Shown piece by piece: positions 11,670-24,445 of a stretch of DNA of 64,000 nucleotides; positions within the stretch are counted from its first letter, which is position 1; the number at the start of each line of letters is the position of its first letter. The position numbers were made by a program, and so were the translations under genes. Under the pieces are notes generated by a model. That model searched no databases. It was not told the origin of the DNA and saw only the letters and a list, made by a program, of their open reading frames with translations. The stretch is from Klebsormidium nitens (taxonomy: Eukaryota > Plantae > Klebsormidiophyceae), in NCBI GenBank assembly GCA_000708835.1, contig DF236950.1, forward strand, positions 477,866-541,865. The letters are read 5' to 3'.

Positions 11670-14600
11670 TCATGTGACCGTCAAGAGATCCTGTCTTTTG
11701 CTGAGGGCGCTATTTACTATTGTTTCGAGGTCTTTCGTTGCTTTGGCGACGTCTGGCTGATCAAACACTCCCGACACAATGGCTACTCCATCAGGACCTT
11801 TTGTATTCGCCTTGGCGGCCGACAGTACTTCAGCTGCATTCGTCGTTTTGATCCCTCCTATGGCAACGACCGGAAGCGGAGTGCTCTCGCAGACCTCGAG
11901 CAGACCTTTTATCCCAATCGTTACGTTATTTTCTTTTGTGTTGGTCGGAAAGACGCCCCCTGACCCGAGGTAATCCGCCCCATCTTCAAGTGCCTTTCGC
12001 GCCTGCTCTGGCGTCTTGGTAGATATCCCGATGATCCTGTCCGGCCCCAGCAGGGCACGTGCCAGCCTGAGCGGCATGTCCGACTGCCCGATGTGCACCC
12101 CGTCGGCCCCCACCGCCAGCGCGACGTCGATCCGATCATTGATCACGAGCGGGACTCCCGCTTCCCGCGCCAGCGCCACCACCTCTTGCGCCTCCTTCAC
12201 AAAGTCCCCGGTGCCGATGTCCTTCTCCCGCAGCTGCAGAATGGTGGCGCCCCCCTCAATGGCGGCCCGCATCGCCTCCACGTTGCTGCGGCCCCACCGC
12301 GCGTTCATGCGCGAGTCGCTGACGGCGTACACCGCCAGGTCGGATGGCCGGAAGCGCGCGCGGGGGGACTCCCGCGAGGTACCCCATGACGTTGTCCCGT
12401 AAAAGTGATTCAGCGGGCCTGCAAAACGGGGATACGGGGAAAGCACGCAAAGTCAGCACTTTTCAGATGTCTTCGGTTTGCAAGAAAGTCTAGGTCAGCG
12501 GCTGATGCAGCCCGTGCTTTTGAACATTCGAAGCTGCGCCAGGAATGCGGACTCTACTGAGGCACGCACGTCGTGAGAATCTCGATCCTGTGAAAAGCAC
12601 GAAGAGCAGCAAGATCGTGCGGACAGTTACTTGCAGATCCGCCCAGCAACGTGCCTGATTTGCCGCAAGCTTTGCCGCAGTCCTCACCGTGCTTCCCCTG
12701 GCCCAGCTGCAACCAGGCGCTGCTCTTGAGGGCCTCCGTGAGGTACCCCTTGGCCGCGCTCACTGCCGCCACGAGCGGCCGCCCCTTGGCCAGCTCCGCC
12801 GCGATGCCCGACGCCAGCGTGCACCCCGTCCCGTGCGTGTTCCGCGTGTCGACCCACCCCGCCTCCAGCTCGTGCAGCCTCTCGCCGTCAAACAACACAT
12901 CCACCGCCAGTCTTCCCCCTGCCACGTGCCCCCCCTTGACCAGCACGGCCTTGGGCCCCAGCTCGAACAGTGCCGTGGCGGCCCGCTTCATGCCCTCCAG
13001 GTCCGTGATGTCTTCTTCCCACCCCAGTAGAGCCTTGGCCTCGGGCAGGTTGGGCGTGATGACGTCAGCGCGCGGCAGGAGCAGCTCTCGCAGCGCCCCG
13101 AGCGTGTCCCCGCCCACCAGCACATCCCCGCTGGTCGCCACCATGACGGGGTCCACCACCAGCCGCACCGCGGGCCGCTTCGCCAAGCACTCAACGACCG
13201 CGCGGATGATGTCAGCAGACGGCAGCATGCCCGTCTTGACGCAGTCGCACCCGATGTCTGACAGCACCGCCTCGACCTGCGCTCGCACGAAGTCGGCTGG
13301 CACGGGGTGGATGCCCTGCACGCCCGCCGTGTTCTGTGCGGTCAGCGCCGTGACGACGGACATGGAGTACACCCCGAGCGCGCCGGCCGTCTTCATGTCC
13401 GCCTGAATTCCCGCACCCCCGCCCGAGTCCGACCCCGCTATCGTCAGCATGCGGGGGACTATGGGCGCCTGCCCTGCCGCCTTCTCGACCTGGGCTGAGA
13501 GCGTGTACAGAGTGGCGCGCCCGGTCGATGCGGAGGCCAATGCGCGGGAGGGGCTAGCGGAGAAGTTTCCGGCTGGGCTGCCGTTTCCAGTGGGTGGGGG
13601 TGTTGGGCGCGTGGCGGGCTGACGACAGACGTCCAGCAGGCGGTCAATCTCTGACCAGGACTGGGCCTGGAGCAGGCGGCCCGTGCCCCTGCGGCTCTCC
13701 ACTGGGCGGTCCTGATGCTGTGCCAGAAACTCGGGGACGGCCTGGAGGGTGACCCCAAACGCACGGCAGACGCGCTCAGCGCTGGCGCTGCAGCCCAGCA
13801 GCACGCCCAGATCTGCGCTGACCAGGGGCAGCAGGTCCGTCACGCTGTCGCCAACGTACACAGTCAGGCCCTGTGACTCGGCGGGCTTCCTCGCACTTGG
13901 AGGAGAGGCGCCGGGGGGCGCAGCTGCGGAGGCCAGCCGTTCGAAGCAGGCCTCCTTGTGGAGGGGCGTGTGGATGCCCCCCGAGAGGGCCCCAGTAGAG
14001 ACCTCGCCCTGCTGTTCCAGCTCGTTGCTCAAAATCTCAGGAGGGGGCGTAACAGCTGCATCAAGGAGGCGATAGCGTTAGAATGCAAATCGAAGGCGTG
14101 AAAGGGATAGTCTTCTCGAATTCTGTAGAGGAGTCGGGACCAACAGACAGCAGGCAGGTATGAGGACATGTTTTGAACTTGACCTCCTTCGGATGGATGC
14201 GCATCAGTACAGCGATTGAAGCAACTGCCTAGTTAGCCAATCCACCATATTATAGATCGGCTCTTCCCTGAAACACAGAGAAGTGGAGGCAGGAGCTTCT
14301 TATGGACCTTGGTGAAGATTTTGCGTGGGGAATTTCGTTGTACCTGGCCAGGCGTCCAGGTGCAGGGCCGCAGAGAGGAGCTCTCGGGAGGGGTTCACGG
14401 AGAGGACGGACACAGCGATTTTGTCATGAGCACAGCGGTGCAGCACGCGCAGGCAGCCCTCCTGCAGGGGAACACGCCCCGCCCTGACGGCGTCCGCAAT
14501 GGCGGGGCGGGAGACGCCTGCCAGCAGCTTGTTGCGCACCAGGTCGTCCATGCTGGCCTGCTCCATGACAGACATGGCCGCCAGGAAGCGCCGCAGGGCA

Positions 14601-15740
14601 GGCAGGTCAAATGCCTCACGGCGCTGGGGGGCCTGCGAGGAGGCCGCCCACAGTCAGTGCAAGGATAGAGTGAGAGAACCGTGAAGGACAACGATGAGGG
14701 ATCATGTCGCAGGAGCTGTATTCTTTAAAAGCATACCAAGCAGTACAACTGGTTGTAGCTCTGGCTAGATTGCGCACCAGAACTTGTTTCCTTTAGTCCA
14801 CTGCATCATCTTCAGACAGGAAATGTTTTTGTTAGAAGCTGTGGGTGAGGTGAACATGGTCTGGCCCCACCTCCTGCAGTGCCAGGGCCATGGCCTTGTC
14901 GTACTGCTCCATGTACGCCAGCCCCGCTTCTTTCCAGGCCTGCCGGATCGCCGCCCCTCTCTCAAGATCATTCCGCGCCTCCGCCTCCTCTGCCGCTAGT
15001 TCTCCGTACAGGGCAGTGGTGTCACGCTGTGTGCACGTAGAATCAAAGTCCACCACCAGCCTCGAGACACAGCTGCCGCGAGGGCTGCCCATCGGAGCCA
15101 GCGGAGCAGTGCGGCCAGAAATGGTGGTAGCACCAGCTGTCGTGCGGGTCAAGGATGCTTGATACCCGGCAGTGACGGGTCTGTCGAGGCCCCTCTCGCG
15201 GTTGATGCGGCTGAAGGACAAAGGCCTGTGGGGTCGCCTGGGCACCTGAGGAGAGGGTGGACACTGCAAGGACTTGATGGTGGTTGGTGGTTGCAAACCC
15301 CCGACAATCTTTGCAACACTGGGGCTAATAGCAACGAGGAAGAGAACGTGGACAAAACATGGTGGTGGTATATATTGCACCAGAAACCATAACAAAACCC
15401 TGTCAGAGGCGTGGAAAGTGATGGGAACATTGCCTCTGCAATGCTGTCCATCGGAGGTCCCCCACAGACCGCTGAGCAATGAGATTCAATTTCAGGGATG
15501 GCGGAGATATGCCAGGCTCTGGATTGTGAGATGAATGCATGGCCAGTTGATCAAGCACAGCGCCACTGCAGGCTTGCCGATGCGACCAAGGTCACTCACC
15601 GGCCTTATTGATGGTGGCAGCACGGCGCTCCGAGCAGGGGACGCGTGAGCTTTCCCAGGTTTGCTTGATAGATTCCACTGCCACCTGCAGCTTCCAACAA
15701 CTCTGGACCGAATTAGTGAAGCCGCAAGCGGAGAACCCAT
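11670..15740 (-). CDS. TH1: Fused thiamine enzyme: TH2-type HAD phosphatase + HMP(-P) kinase (ThiD) + thiamine-phosphate synthase (ThiE), with a putative transit peptide
   Basis: Exons ~15210-14871, 14632-14344, 14055-12688 and 12418-11670 join with matching phases (0, 1, 1). HAD motifs: VVDFDSTCT, VLSVN, PLHK, YVGDSVTDL. ThiD: LTIAGSDSGGGAGIQADMKT, KTGML, VVDPVMVATSG, VLVKGGH, NTHGTGCTLAS. ThiE: LQLREK, PLVINDRIDVA, GVHIGQSD, DYLGSGGVFPTNTK, VVAIGGI. The 5'-most exon (15740-15600) is tentative. Confidence 0.9.
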
Positions 15741-16475
15741 TGCAGCTCCCACATCCGAGACGTCTCCAGTCCAGCCAGATGTTGCGACCGATAAGTTGCT
15801 GGCACCACCTCTGATGATTTTATAAGGTCATTGCTCCCATTGCCGATCAATTGCATGAGAATGAACCAAGAAGGGTGCACCGTGCAGCATCAGCAGCGCC
15901 ACATTTCAGCGATCAGCTGGCCATAGGTCATATAGGTACATGGCATGCAGTCCTGAACACGAAGGGAAGGGTTGAGCTTTAACCTTCTAAGTGATTTCGC
16001 ATTTCTTTATTAACCGTCGTGGCCTCGAAGTGAGTACCGTAACCCACCTCTGTTGACCCACCGTATACCCCACGTCTGTCGGGTTACGTAAAGCTCGGGT
16101 TAGCAGCTACCGGCCCAGGTCAGGTTAAAGTCGTGTTGCAAAAGAAACATCTAACCAAGATTCTGGAATCTCCGTTGTCCAATCAATGCAATGCAATGCA
16201 CTGCCCTTTGCTTTGCCCTGGAGGCTGGGGCCGGGCCTCTGCTTTGCCGTTTGCTTTTTGGCATTGCGCAGCAGCTTGAACCTCTTTGGATCAGACTGAG
16301 AAGTTCGGGGAGCGTCCTTGACGAGTCCTTTATGGGCCGTTTGCCGCAGCTAGGCAACAGGGCTGCTGAGGTTTCGGAGGGGTGCTTTGAAGGTTGCATG
16401 CATGAAGAGTACGAGGCGGGAGGTTCAGTAAGGAGTTGATTGCAGCTAAGCGGCTGAACTGCCTTTCTCCCGAAG

Positions 16476-19400
16476 ATGGTGGAGCCACGTGGGCAGCTCC
16501 AGTTGACGTTGGCGAGTCTTTCCTCCAACATGCATGACGCCCTGCTACAGCTGACCTCCAATGACGATTCCGACAAGAATGACAATGCGGAGTCTGCATT
16601 GGCCCCATTCGAGCATCCCCAGCTCCCACTGTTTCTCCATAAGCTGGACAAGCTGAAAGCGCAACTAAACAAGACGTGTGATGGTTGGAGGAGTAGATGT
16701 GTTGAACTGCAAACGCAGGCTGGGAGGCAGATGCAGCACTTTCAACGCAGCCTACAAGCAACCGCCCAAAGACTCCCACACCAATTTAAGCGTCCTCCCG
16801 GCCAAAGTCCTCGCAGGAGAAAGGCGAATCGAGGTTTGCACTTAGTCAGTGCGGTCGGCAATCCTGCACGTGCAAAGGTTGGGGCAAGCAGCAGCGCATC
16901 CGGTGTGGGGGCCAGCAAGAATGCACTTGCGGGGGGCCTGGCCGGGGGCTTGGTCGCCTTGTCTCTGTATCCGGTGGACACCATCAAGACCCTGGTACAG
17001 GCAGAGACAGGGGCTGGCCAGCGGTCAATTCCCCGCATCTTCCAGAAGCTGGTGGAGAAACATGGTGAGGGCAGCCCAGAGTGGTAGAATTGAACCAGTC
17101 TCCTACTTCTCTCTCAAGTCTAACTGGCCCCTCTGGTGGCAAGTGGGGATCTATATCTCTTTGAACAGCTTGAAAGCTTCAGTTCGAGAGTCAGTGCACA
17201 TTCATCTTCACTTTGGAATGTGAACAAAGTGCTCTGCAGCGACGGAACCACACAACCAATTGTAAGCAGTATTTGAAGTTCAAGGTACAATTGGAATGTG
17301 TGGCTGGATTGAGATCCTGCTTGCGAATGCCGATGAGGCACACGATGCTCACACTCCATGCCTCGCCAGGGATGTTTGGGCTGTATCGAGGATTGGGCAG
17401 CAACCTAGTGACGGCCACCCCGATCTCTGCCATCTATGCCAGCACGTACGAGGCCGTGAAAGAGGTGCTGCTGCCCCACCTGCCACCGGTGAGGGACTCG
17501 CTGCGCCCTTCGATATGTAAGCTTGCCCCTGTGCATCTGCGGGCAGTGTTTATAGTAACTTTGTGGATTTGTAATGCACAACAACATGCTTTAATCTGTT
17601 GGTGGTAGATAGTGCCTGTGGCCATGGGACATTCTCTAGGAGAGGTTTACATTGCAAAGGACTTGTGGCTGTGCAGAAGTTCCAGTCGGTGGCCCACTGT
17701 AGCGCGGGGGCAGCCGCCAGCGTGGCCACCTCGTTTGTGTTTACCCCCAGCGAGGTGGTCAAGCAGCGCATGCAGTACACCAGCCAGTACGCCAACAGCT
17801 GGTCAGCCCCAGCCCTGCCTCGCTGCCTGCCTTCCTCGCCTGTTCGGAAATGATGTTGCAGAGTATCGTCCTCTGGAAGGATAACACCTCTCACATCTCT
17901 CTAACCATTTGTTTAATATGGAGAGTGATCTTTGTCTCAACTGCTTCTCAGTTTCTCCAACGTAGTGTTGACCTGTTGAAGTTTGAGGCCAAGATCGCTG
18001 TTCTGGCTGCGTTCAGGTCGGCTTTCTTGGGCATTCTGCGAACAGAGGGGATCACCTCGCTGTACAACGGGTGGGGAGCTGTGCTCGCCAGAAACATTCC
18101 GAACTCCATTATCAAGGTTGGCTTCCAAAATGGGAGCAGCTCCTCCTGCCTTGACCTGATTGACCTGTTGACTTGATGGCCTGATCAAATGGATGCTTAG
18201 GCGCATGTTTGGTGGCTAGTGTAGCTTCCAGGAGTAAGATTCTGCTTTCACGAGTCGAAGAGAATCCTTTGGTGGATATTCGGCTCATGATCAGTGTATC
18301 CCATCACTCAAGAGTCAATGGGTCACAGCGCTCTGTGAGCTAGTCAAAGAAGCGAGTCGACTTTCCATGCATCGCTTTTGTCAGAAGTCGAGGGGAGTTT
18401 TGCGCTTCGTTAAGATTTCAGCACGTTTCGATGTTGTTGCAAGGGGTTATCGCAGGCAGACCTCTAGTTGGTAACGAGCACAAACCAGAATGCGCCACAG
18501 CTTATTGTACCCGCTACTGAATGTTATGCGCTTGGTTACAAGAGCAGTGTGCTCTTCGTAGCGACGCCTCAGGTCCCGTGAGGAAAGCCATTCATCAATG
18601 TCTAACAGTCGCTCGTTGTTGGTTGTGCAGTTCTACACGTACGAGAGTCTCAAGAAGCTGGCTCTGGACAGGCGGCCCGGAGCCACCCGGCTCACGCAAC
18701 TAGAGTCGGTGAGCCTCTCACTGGTGCCCCTCACTGAGCCGTCACTCCGTTCGCGGTCTAGCTTCAGGGCCCATTCGGGGCCAGCTGTGAAGAGTAAGGC
18801 AGTAGTGCAGTTGCCACGCAACGATAGAACCGCTCCGTGCTTTGAATCCCGACTGTGAGCAATGGCGGCTTAGGATGTCGAGCTCACACAAGCTGGAAAA
18901 CTGACGCTTCTTGTCCGGTTTCGCAGCTCGTGATTGGCGGCGTGTCCGGCGTCTCGGCGGCCTTCTGCACTACACCCTTCGACGTGGTCAAGACCAGGCT
19001 GCAGAACCAGGTACTGCGGTCCTGGAATTTGCCATTCCTCCTGAGAAACGCCGGCCATCTCTTCGTCTCGTCTCCGCACTGCCTCCACTGTCGCCCTTTT
19101 TACTTTTGCCAAATGTTTATGCGCACAAAGGACTCAACAGGGGCAGGATGGCCCGCACTTGACCGCGTCGCATGACCGGTGCAGATGCCGGGCCAGACGA
19201 TCCAGTACGGCGGGGTCACGGAGTGCTTAAGAAAGATTGTCGCGGAAGAAGGCGTGGCCGGCCTGTACCGGTGAGGGCACATCCGTCCGCTGATGTCCTC
19301 GAGGTCCAAGAAGTCGCTGGCAGGGCTCGCCGAGCCGTTTCTTGCAACGCTCCCCTCAACCTCTCGTTGCACCACTCTGAAATAGGTGTGGGTACAGTGT

Positions 19401-19735
19401 TTAGAGCGCTCTGCGTCCTCTATCTGCAATGACAGGCTGAATGCGAAGAAGCCCCCGAGTATTCTCACGCCGTGCAGTCTCGTCGGGGCTTCTTGCCGTC
19501 AGATCTATAGATATGGAGGCAGCGTCGCAGAAGTGATGGTTTCCATGTTCGCCGCAGGGGAGTCGGGCCGCGCCTCTTCATCTACGTTTCTCAGGGGGCC
19601 ATCTTCTTTGCATCGTACGAAGTGCTCAAACGCGTGCTGCAAGACGAGTGGCGCATTGCGCCAAGAGAAGGGGGCACAATCGGATACAAGGAATCCGCGC
19701 CCGCCCCGTTGCAGAAGGCGGCCAAGATAGGATAG
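16476..19735 (+). CDS. Mitochondrial carrier family protein (SAM-carrier-like clade) with long N-terminal extension, 8 exons
   Basis: Three carrier repeats carry Px[DE]xx[KR] signatures: LYPVDTIKT, FTPSEVVKQRMQ and TPFDVVKTRLQ. Other motifs are GLYRGLG, SLYNGWGAVLARNIP and GLYRGVGPRLFIY. All splice sites are GT-AG; the stop is TAG at 19733-19735. Confidence 0.9.
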
Positions 19736-20939
19736 CTGTTTCACGGGGAGCCCGATTGCGACATGATGTAACGATGTGTGTTTGGACGTCGAATTTCATG
19801 TTGTGCATGTCAACCAACGCATACTGTCTGATGGAAGAGCACCTGGTTCTTGACTGGTCCAATCTTCCGGGAAACGTTTCAAAGCACGCGCGTCTTGGGA
19901 AAGGCACCGCTGTTTTGCTTCGAAATGCGGCTTTGCTTTTCTGAATTCGATGGAGTACATCAAGAACTGAACTAGGGAAGTTGAGATTTCCGAGGAGAGT
20001 ACAACCCGCTCACGAACGTCCTCTACAGGTGATAGGCATTCAATGAAGCAGCTTGCTAGGGTAAAAACTTCAACTACGCACATCTAAATCGGTCGCATGA
20101 AGGTCCAATATCAGCAGGTCCAATATCATAATAGAATCAGAGCGCGCGGCCGAACAATCACACACATGCGACATGGCCCGTGCATGTTTGTCATTCAAAA
20201 TGTTGCCAACTGCAGCAACGAAGGATCGAAGACTATCCATTACGAGATTATATTATAAAAGACTATCAATAAAGGTAACCTGGCAATCAAAACGAGTCAC
20301 TGAATGTTGTGCAAGAGATGAGAGCGACCAGAGGTCTCGTGCTGCAGTCGCCTGGATAGCACGACTTCGGACACCTCAGGCTCAGCACTATATTTGCCAT
20401 TTGGGCCTGGTATGTGGCCGCATGCTCAACGCGGTACTACGTTCGACGTCGTCTTCTTCCCGCTCTCGTTAGCCCTTGTCTGGCGAGTGTCAAGCTTTAC
20501 CGCCTGCTCATTACCGTGTCGAATCGGAGAGCGACAGCTGTGCAGAGCTAAAGTAGCTAGAGCCTCTGTGAGTTCTTAAAATTCTACATTCAAAGCTAGA
20601 ACCAGTGGGTGGAGGCGTGCCTCTCAAATCCTCAGCTATGGGTACACCAATCTTGTCATTCTTGTCACGTTAGAGTCAGACCATCCTTCAAGATCAGGAG
20701 AGCTATCACCTCTAAGGATCGTTGCATCATTGCTTCCCTCGTTTGCATCTATTAGAGAATTTGTTTGACCGCTTATAGTTGGCAAGGGTTAGTGAGTGCT
20801 AAGCAGGCCAGCTTTCTCACCCGGTAGTTCTGGGCACTACTCTGGGTGCTCCTCATGAGCTGAGCGGGGCGAAGGCGCCTGCGAGGCGATGTAACTGTTT
20901 GGGAGGAAGGGCAGCCTTCTTCCACCTGGTTCAGCAAGG

Positions 20940-23567
20940 ATGGTGTTCTTTTTCAAAGCCCGGCCGTCGGTTGGGGACATCATGATATACATGGGGCTGG
21001 ACAAGTACGAGAATGAGGACCTGATCAAGTACGGCCTGCCGGAGGACGTCTGGTGAGACATTGACTTGATTGTGGGATGCTCGATGTGTGGTGGTTGTGG
21101 CAAGAACCAGTGTGACCTGATGTATGTTGCAAGTGCAACTTCAGGACCATGCTCCTTGTGGTCGGCAAATTACAAAGCCTTCAAGAAACGTATGTTCGTT
21201 TGAAACTGGCAAATTTGTTAAAGCTGGAGGGCTTGCCGGGGCGCCGTTTAAAAAGTAAGTGGCGTCGTGCGGATTGTTGTGTGCAATGCTGGCACGCTAT
21301 GTGTGTCAACTCACGCTTGCTGTGGTTGTGTACAGGTTCCACGTGGACAAGATGTCGTCGGCGCACGTGTACTGCCGCCTGGCCAAGCACCAGTCCATTG
21401 AGAGCATGTCGGAGGAGCTGCTGGAGGACTGCGCCCAGCTGGTCAAGGCCAACTCCATCCAAGGTACACCACCTGCCGCAGCCCCCAGCGGGACCTGCAA
21501 TGCAACCTTCTCTTTTGAGACTTCTTGTGTTCTGTCTCACGCAAGTCTGCCATGTTGAGGTGGCCACTTGCTTGCCCCTCCGTGTGGCTACAGGCTGGGG
21601 CTGTGGTGGGCTTATGTTGCCGACCACCAGACCTTACAAATCTGAGAAGGTTGTGTCAATAAAAACGAGCCTGTGTCAGACCTTGAGGTGAACACCTCAT
21701 TATTGTGCGCAGTGCATGGCTCAGAAACGAAACACCTCGCCTGGAGCTACTGACTCGAAAACGGTCGTTTATGTGCGATCATCTCTCTGGATGTGAGAGC
21801 GACCCCTTGGGTATGCAGGAGGGTCCATCCTAACGGTGTGTTGCCGATGTTGCCGATGTGCTTATGCCATCTTAAGTTTCGGAGACCTCTAAGATCTGAG
21901 AAAGTCAAAGCTCGCCCAAGTGTCTTGAAGGAACTCCAATGCTGTATTAGTGTTATTCTTGAAACGTACGGAAGTCTCAAATCCTGTTGGTGTGTTCCTT
22001 CTTGCTGGAATATGCTCTGACATTTTATCAATGTGAAATGCTGGCAAGCTTTGAAATTTCCTCATGGTCGTTGGCAGACTCGGGTGAGGTTTGAAGTCTA
22101 TTCTTTTGAGCTGGCCATGTCCGCTGGCCAGGTCGCCAGTGCCAAAACGCGCAGATCAATGATTGACGTTTTGCTAGAGGGACTCCCGCCCACTGGGGGC
22201 CAGCATCCTAAGCATGCGCTCCCTGCTCTTGTCTGCTCCTACAAGACTGGAATTACTCTTACTGCCACTCCCAATTCAGGAGCCTCATTCAGCAAAGTAT
22301 GGAATGTGCGAGACTGGTCATCTGCCGAGGGGAAACGGTGTCAGAGGCCAATTGAAGCCCGTCATCATTGATGGGACCTGTTGGATCGAAGCCGCCATAT
22401 GACTCGTGTGTGCTTTGGATTGGCGCGGCCCATTGTTGCCCTGTGCCTCCCTCGAGCGGTCCCCTGAGCGGTGTGTGCGGTGCGTGCAGGCAACAAGGTG
22501 AACAACGTGGACGTGGTGTACACGCCGTGGGCCAACCTGAAGAAGACCCCCGGCATGGACGTCGGCCAGGTCGGCTTCCACAGCGGCAAGGCGGTGAGGC
22601 CCGCACTGCGCCAAGCGCTCAAGCTCAACCGTTCTTGATATCAGGTTTTGGGTCCGCGTATTTTCGTCACTGTTTCAGGGTTGTGTAATTTTGTCACTGA
22701 GTAACAAGGTCGGGCCGTTGGCTGCCTGTCGAGCTTACTCTGTTGCAGTAGCCGCGGTTTGGTTGTCTCCTCCAGTGAAGCCCACAACCAGATTGCTCGC
22801 TCAACTCCTGCGCCCTGCTCGTTGCAGGTCAAGACCGTCCGGGTGGAGAAGCGGCTCAACGAGGTGGTGAACCGACTGAACAAGACGAGGGTCGAGAGGA
22901 AGGTGGACCTCAAAGGTAATCGTTCATGCGATTTGCTCCGCTGATCGCGAGATCAGAGCGATCAGCAGAGATATTTGATCCATGGTCCTTCGAAATCGAC
23001 TCCGACTCTGGCAAGTCCCGAAGCCGCATCCGAGCCTGTCCCCGCAACATAATTCTTCATCAGCGCGGTGTGGCCGTTAGATGCTATTTCTGCTCTGCTT
23101 GGCTGGCCCCGGGTGCTCATCGGTGCCAGTGGCTGTGTGCAGCGGAGCGCGAAGCGTACGATGCCGCGGAGAGGGCGGTCAGGAAACAGCAGGCCAAGGA
23201 AAAGGTGCGTCAGGCGCCATGGGCTGGTCTTTTATTCTGGATTGATGACGTGTCCGGTGTATCTGCAAAATTCAAAGATCCGTGCCGAATGTAGCGCTGG
23301 CTCATACGGTTCTTGTCGTCTCAGCGGTCTCTCTCGGTAGGCCCGAGGGTGTAACAGCAGGCCGTGACGTAGACGGGGCGCACGTGCTAAGTGGATGGCG
23401 CGCACCTGCAGATGAAGCGCGAGCTGGAGGCCAAGGCGCAGAACGAGCGGGACAAGGAGCTGCAGAGCTACAAGGGGCTGATGGACAAGAGCACCAAGAT
23501 GGTGTCCAACAAGGACATCGACCTCAAGGGCAAGTCCGTGCGCGAGATCGAAGAGGACTTCATGTAG
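20940..23567 (+). CDS. CCDC25: Coiled-coil domain-containing protein 25 (NFACT-R/DUF814 domain), 6 exons
   Basis: The spliced product is MVFFFKARP...[23 protein letters not shown]|[12 protein letters not shown]...[12 protein letters not shown]|[31 protein letters not shown]...EEDFM*, the highly conserved CCDC25 sequence. Confidence 0.95.
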
Positions 23568-24248
23568 CCGTGCACCAGGGTAGCTCGTCGGCTGTTGTCG
23601 CTTAGGCGGATGAGGGATGGATTGATTCACCTGATGCATTATGCAGCCTGTGGATCCGAGGCAGGTAGCTTTTTGTTAAGCTGCCGAGAGAAATGCCCAA
23701 GTAAATTGAAGGTACCGGGTTTTCCAACGCCTGTACCCCGACATGCAACGTGAATTGGGACTCGATCAAGAGCTCGCACAATGATGTCAACTTGATTACA
23801 TCCACAGCACCGTGACAAGGACACTAGTATGCCAAAGAGAATTCTCACTGGCAGTGCGACCATTAATGGTCGCATGGGCTACCTGGAGTGATACATGTAG
23901 AGGACCTTCAAGCCGAAGTACGGAGGAAGGTATCCTCAGTCCGAAGCGAAGGAAGACCTGCGTATTCTGTCCCGTCCTCAATGGCTGATTGAGGCTAAGG
24001 GGTTCATATGATGAATTTTCATTTCTCCCGGTAGTTACGCCATGATGAGGTAGCATGTCATCTGAGTCATGTTGCTTTGTCGCTGGTAATCGCTTGGTAA
24101 CTAGAATAGAAACTTTTCCGATGAAGCCCGAACTCCGAAATATTGCTTGTTTCTGCGCCACATGGGCGCCCAGGTGCCTAAGCGTGTACAAATAGAAGTG
24201 ACCATGCAAAGTGGAAGTTGACCATCGACGATTAATTTGGACGTGAAC

Positions 24249-24445
24249 TAGTCGGATCACATAAATGTGCGTTAACAAGAATCGACACTTTGATTGATTT
24301 GCATGCCATCTAGCTAGTAAGACATTGGACATGACTTGCAGCCGTAGCAAGCTGCAGAGTCAACTCATTGTACCGTCCCGGTCTCACCGGCAGACTTTGC
24401 CTGATGGCTCTATGTGGCTCAGGGCGTTAATAAACCGTAAGTTAC
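24249..24445. repeat. Dispersed repeat, copy 1 (homologous to 54738-54911)
   Basis: Shared blocks occur in the same order and orientation: TAGT(C/T)GGATCA, TGGACATGACT(T/C)G(C/T)AGCCGTAGCAAGCTGC(A/G)GAGTCAA, and GTGGCT(C/A)AGGGCGTTAATAAA..G.AAGTTAC. Confidence 0.75.

Noticed and set aside
11670-14032. Separate bacterial-style thiD and thiE genes (operon or contamination)
   Set aside because: The two ORFs are linked by a canonical phase-matched GT-AG intron giving GQGKH-GPLNH, as in plant TH1. The context is entirely eukaryotic.
15211-15600. Exact N-terminal exon structure of the thiamine fusion
   Set aside because: The donor at 15599 is phase 0, but the best acceptor at 15211 is phase 2, so I could not build a consistent model. 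The 15740 start and transit peptide are only tentative; an internal ATG at 15092 is an alternative.
11500-16400. TPP riboswitch in or around the thiamine gene
   Set aside because: I looked by eye for the CUGAGA and ACCUGAU...GCGxAGGGA cores on the coding strand in the introns and UTRs and found no convincing set. An Infernal search with RF00059 would be decisive.
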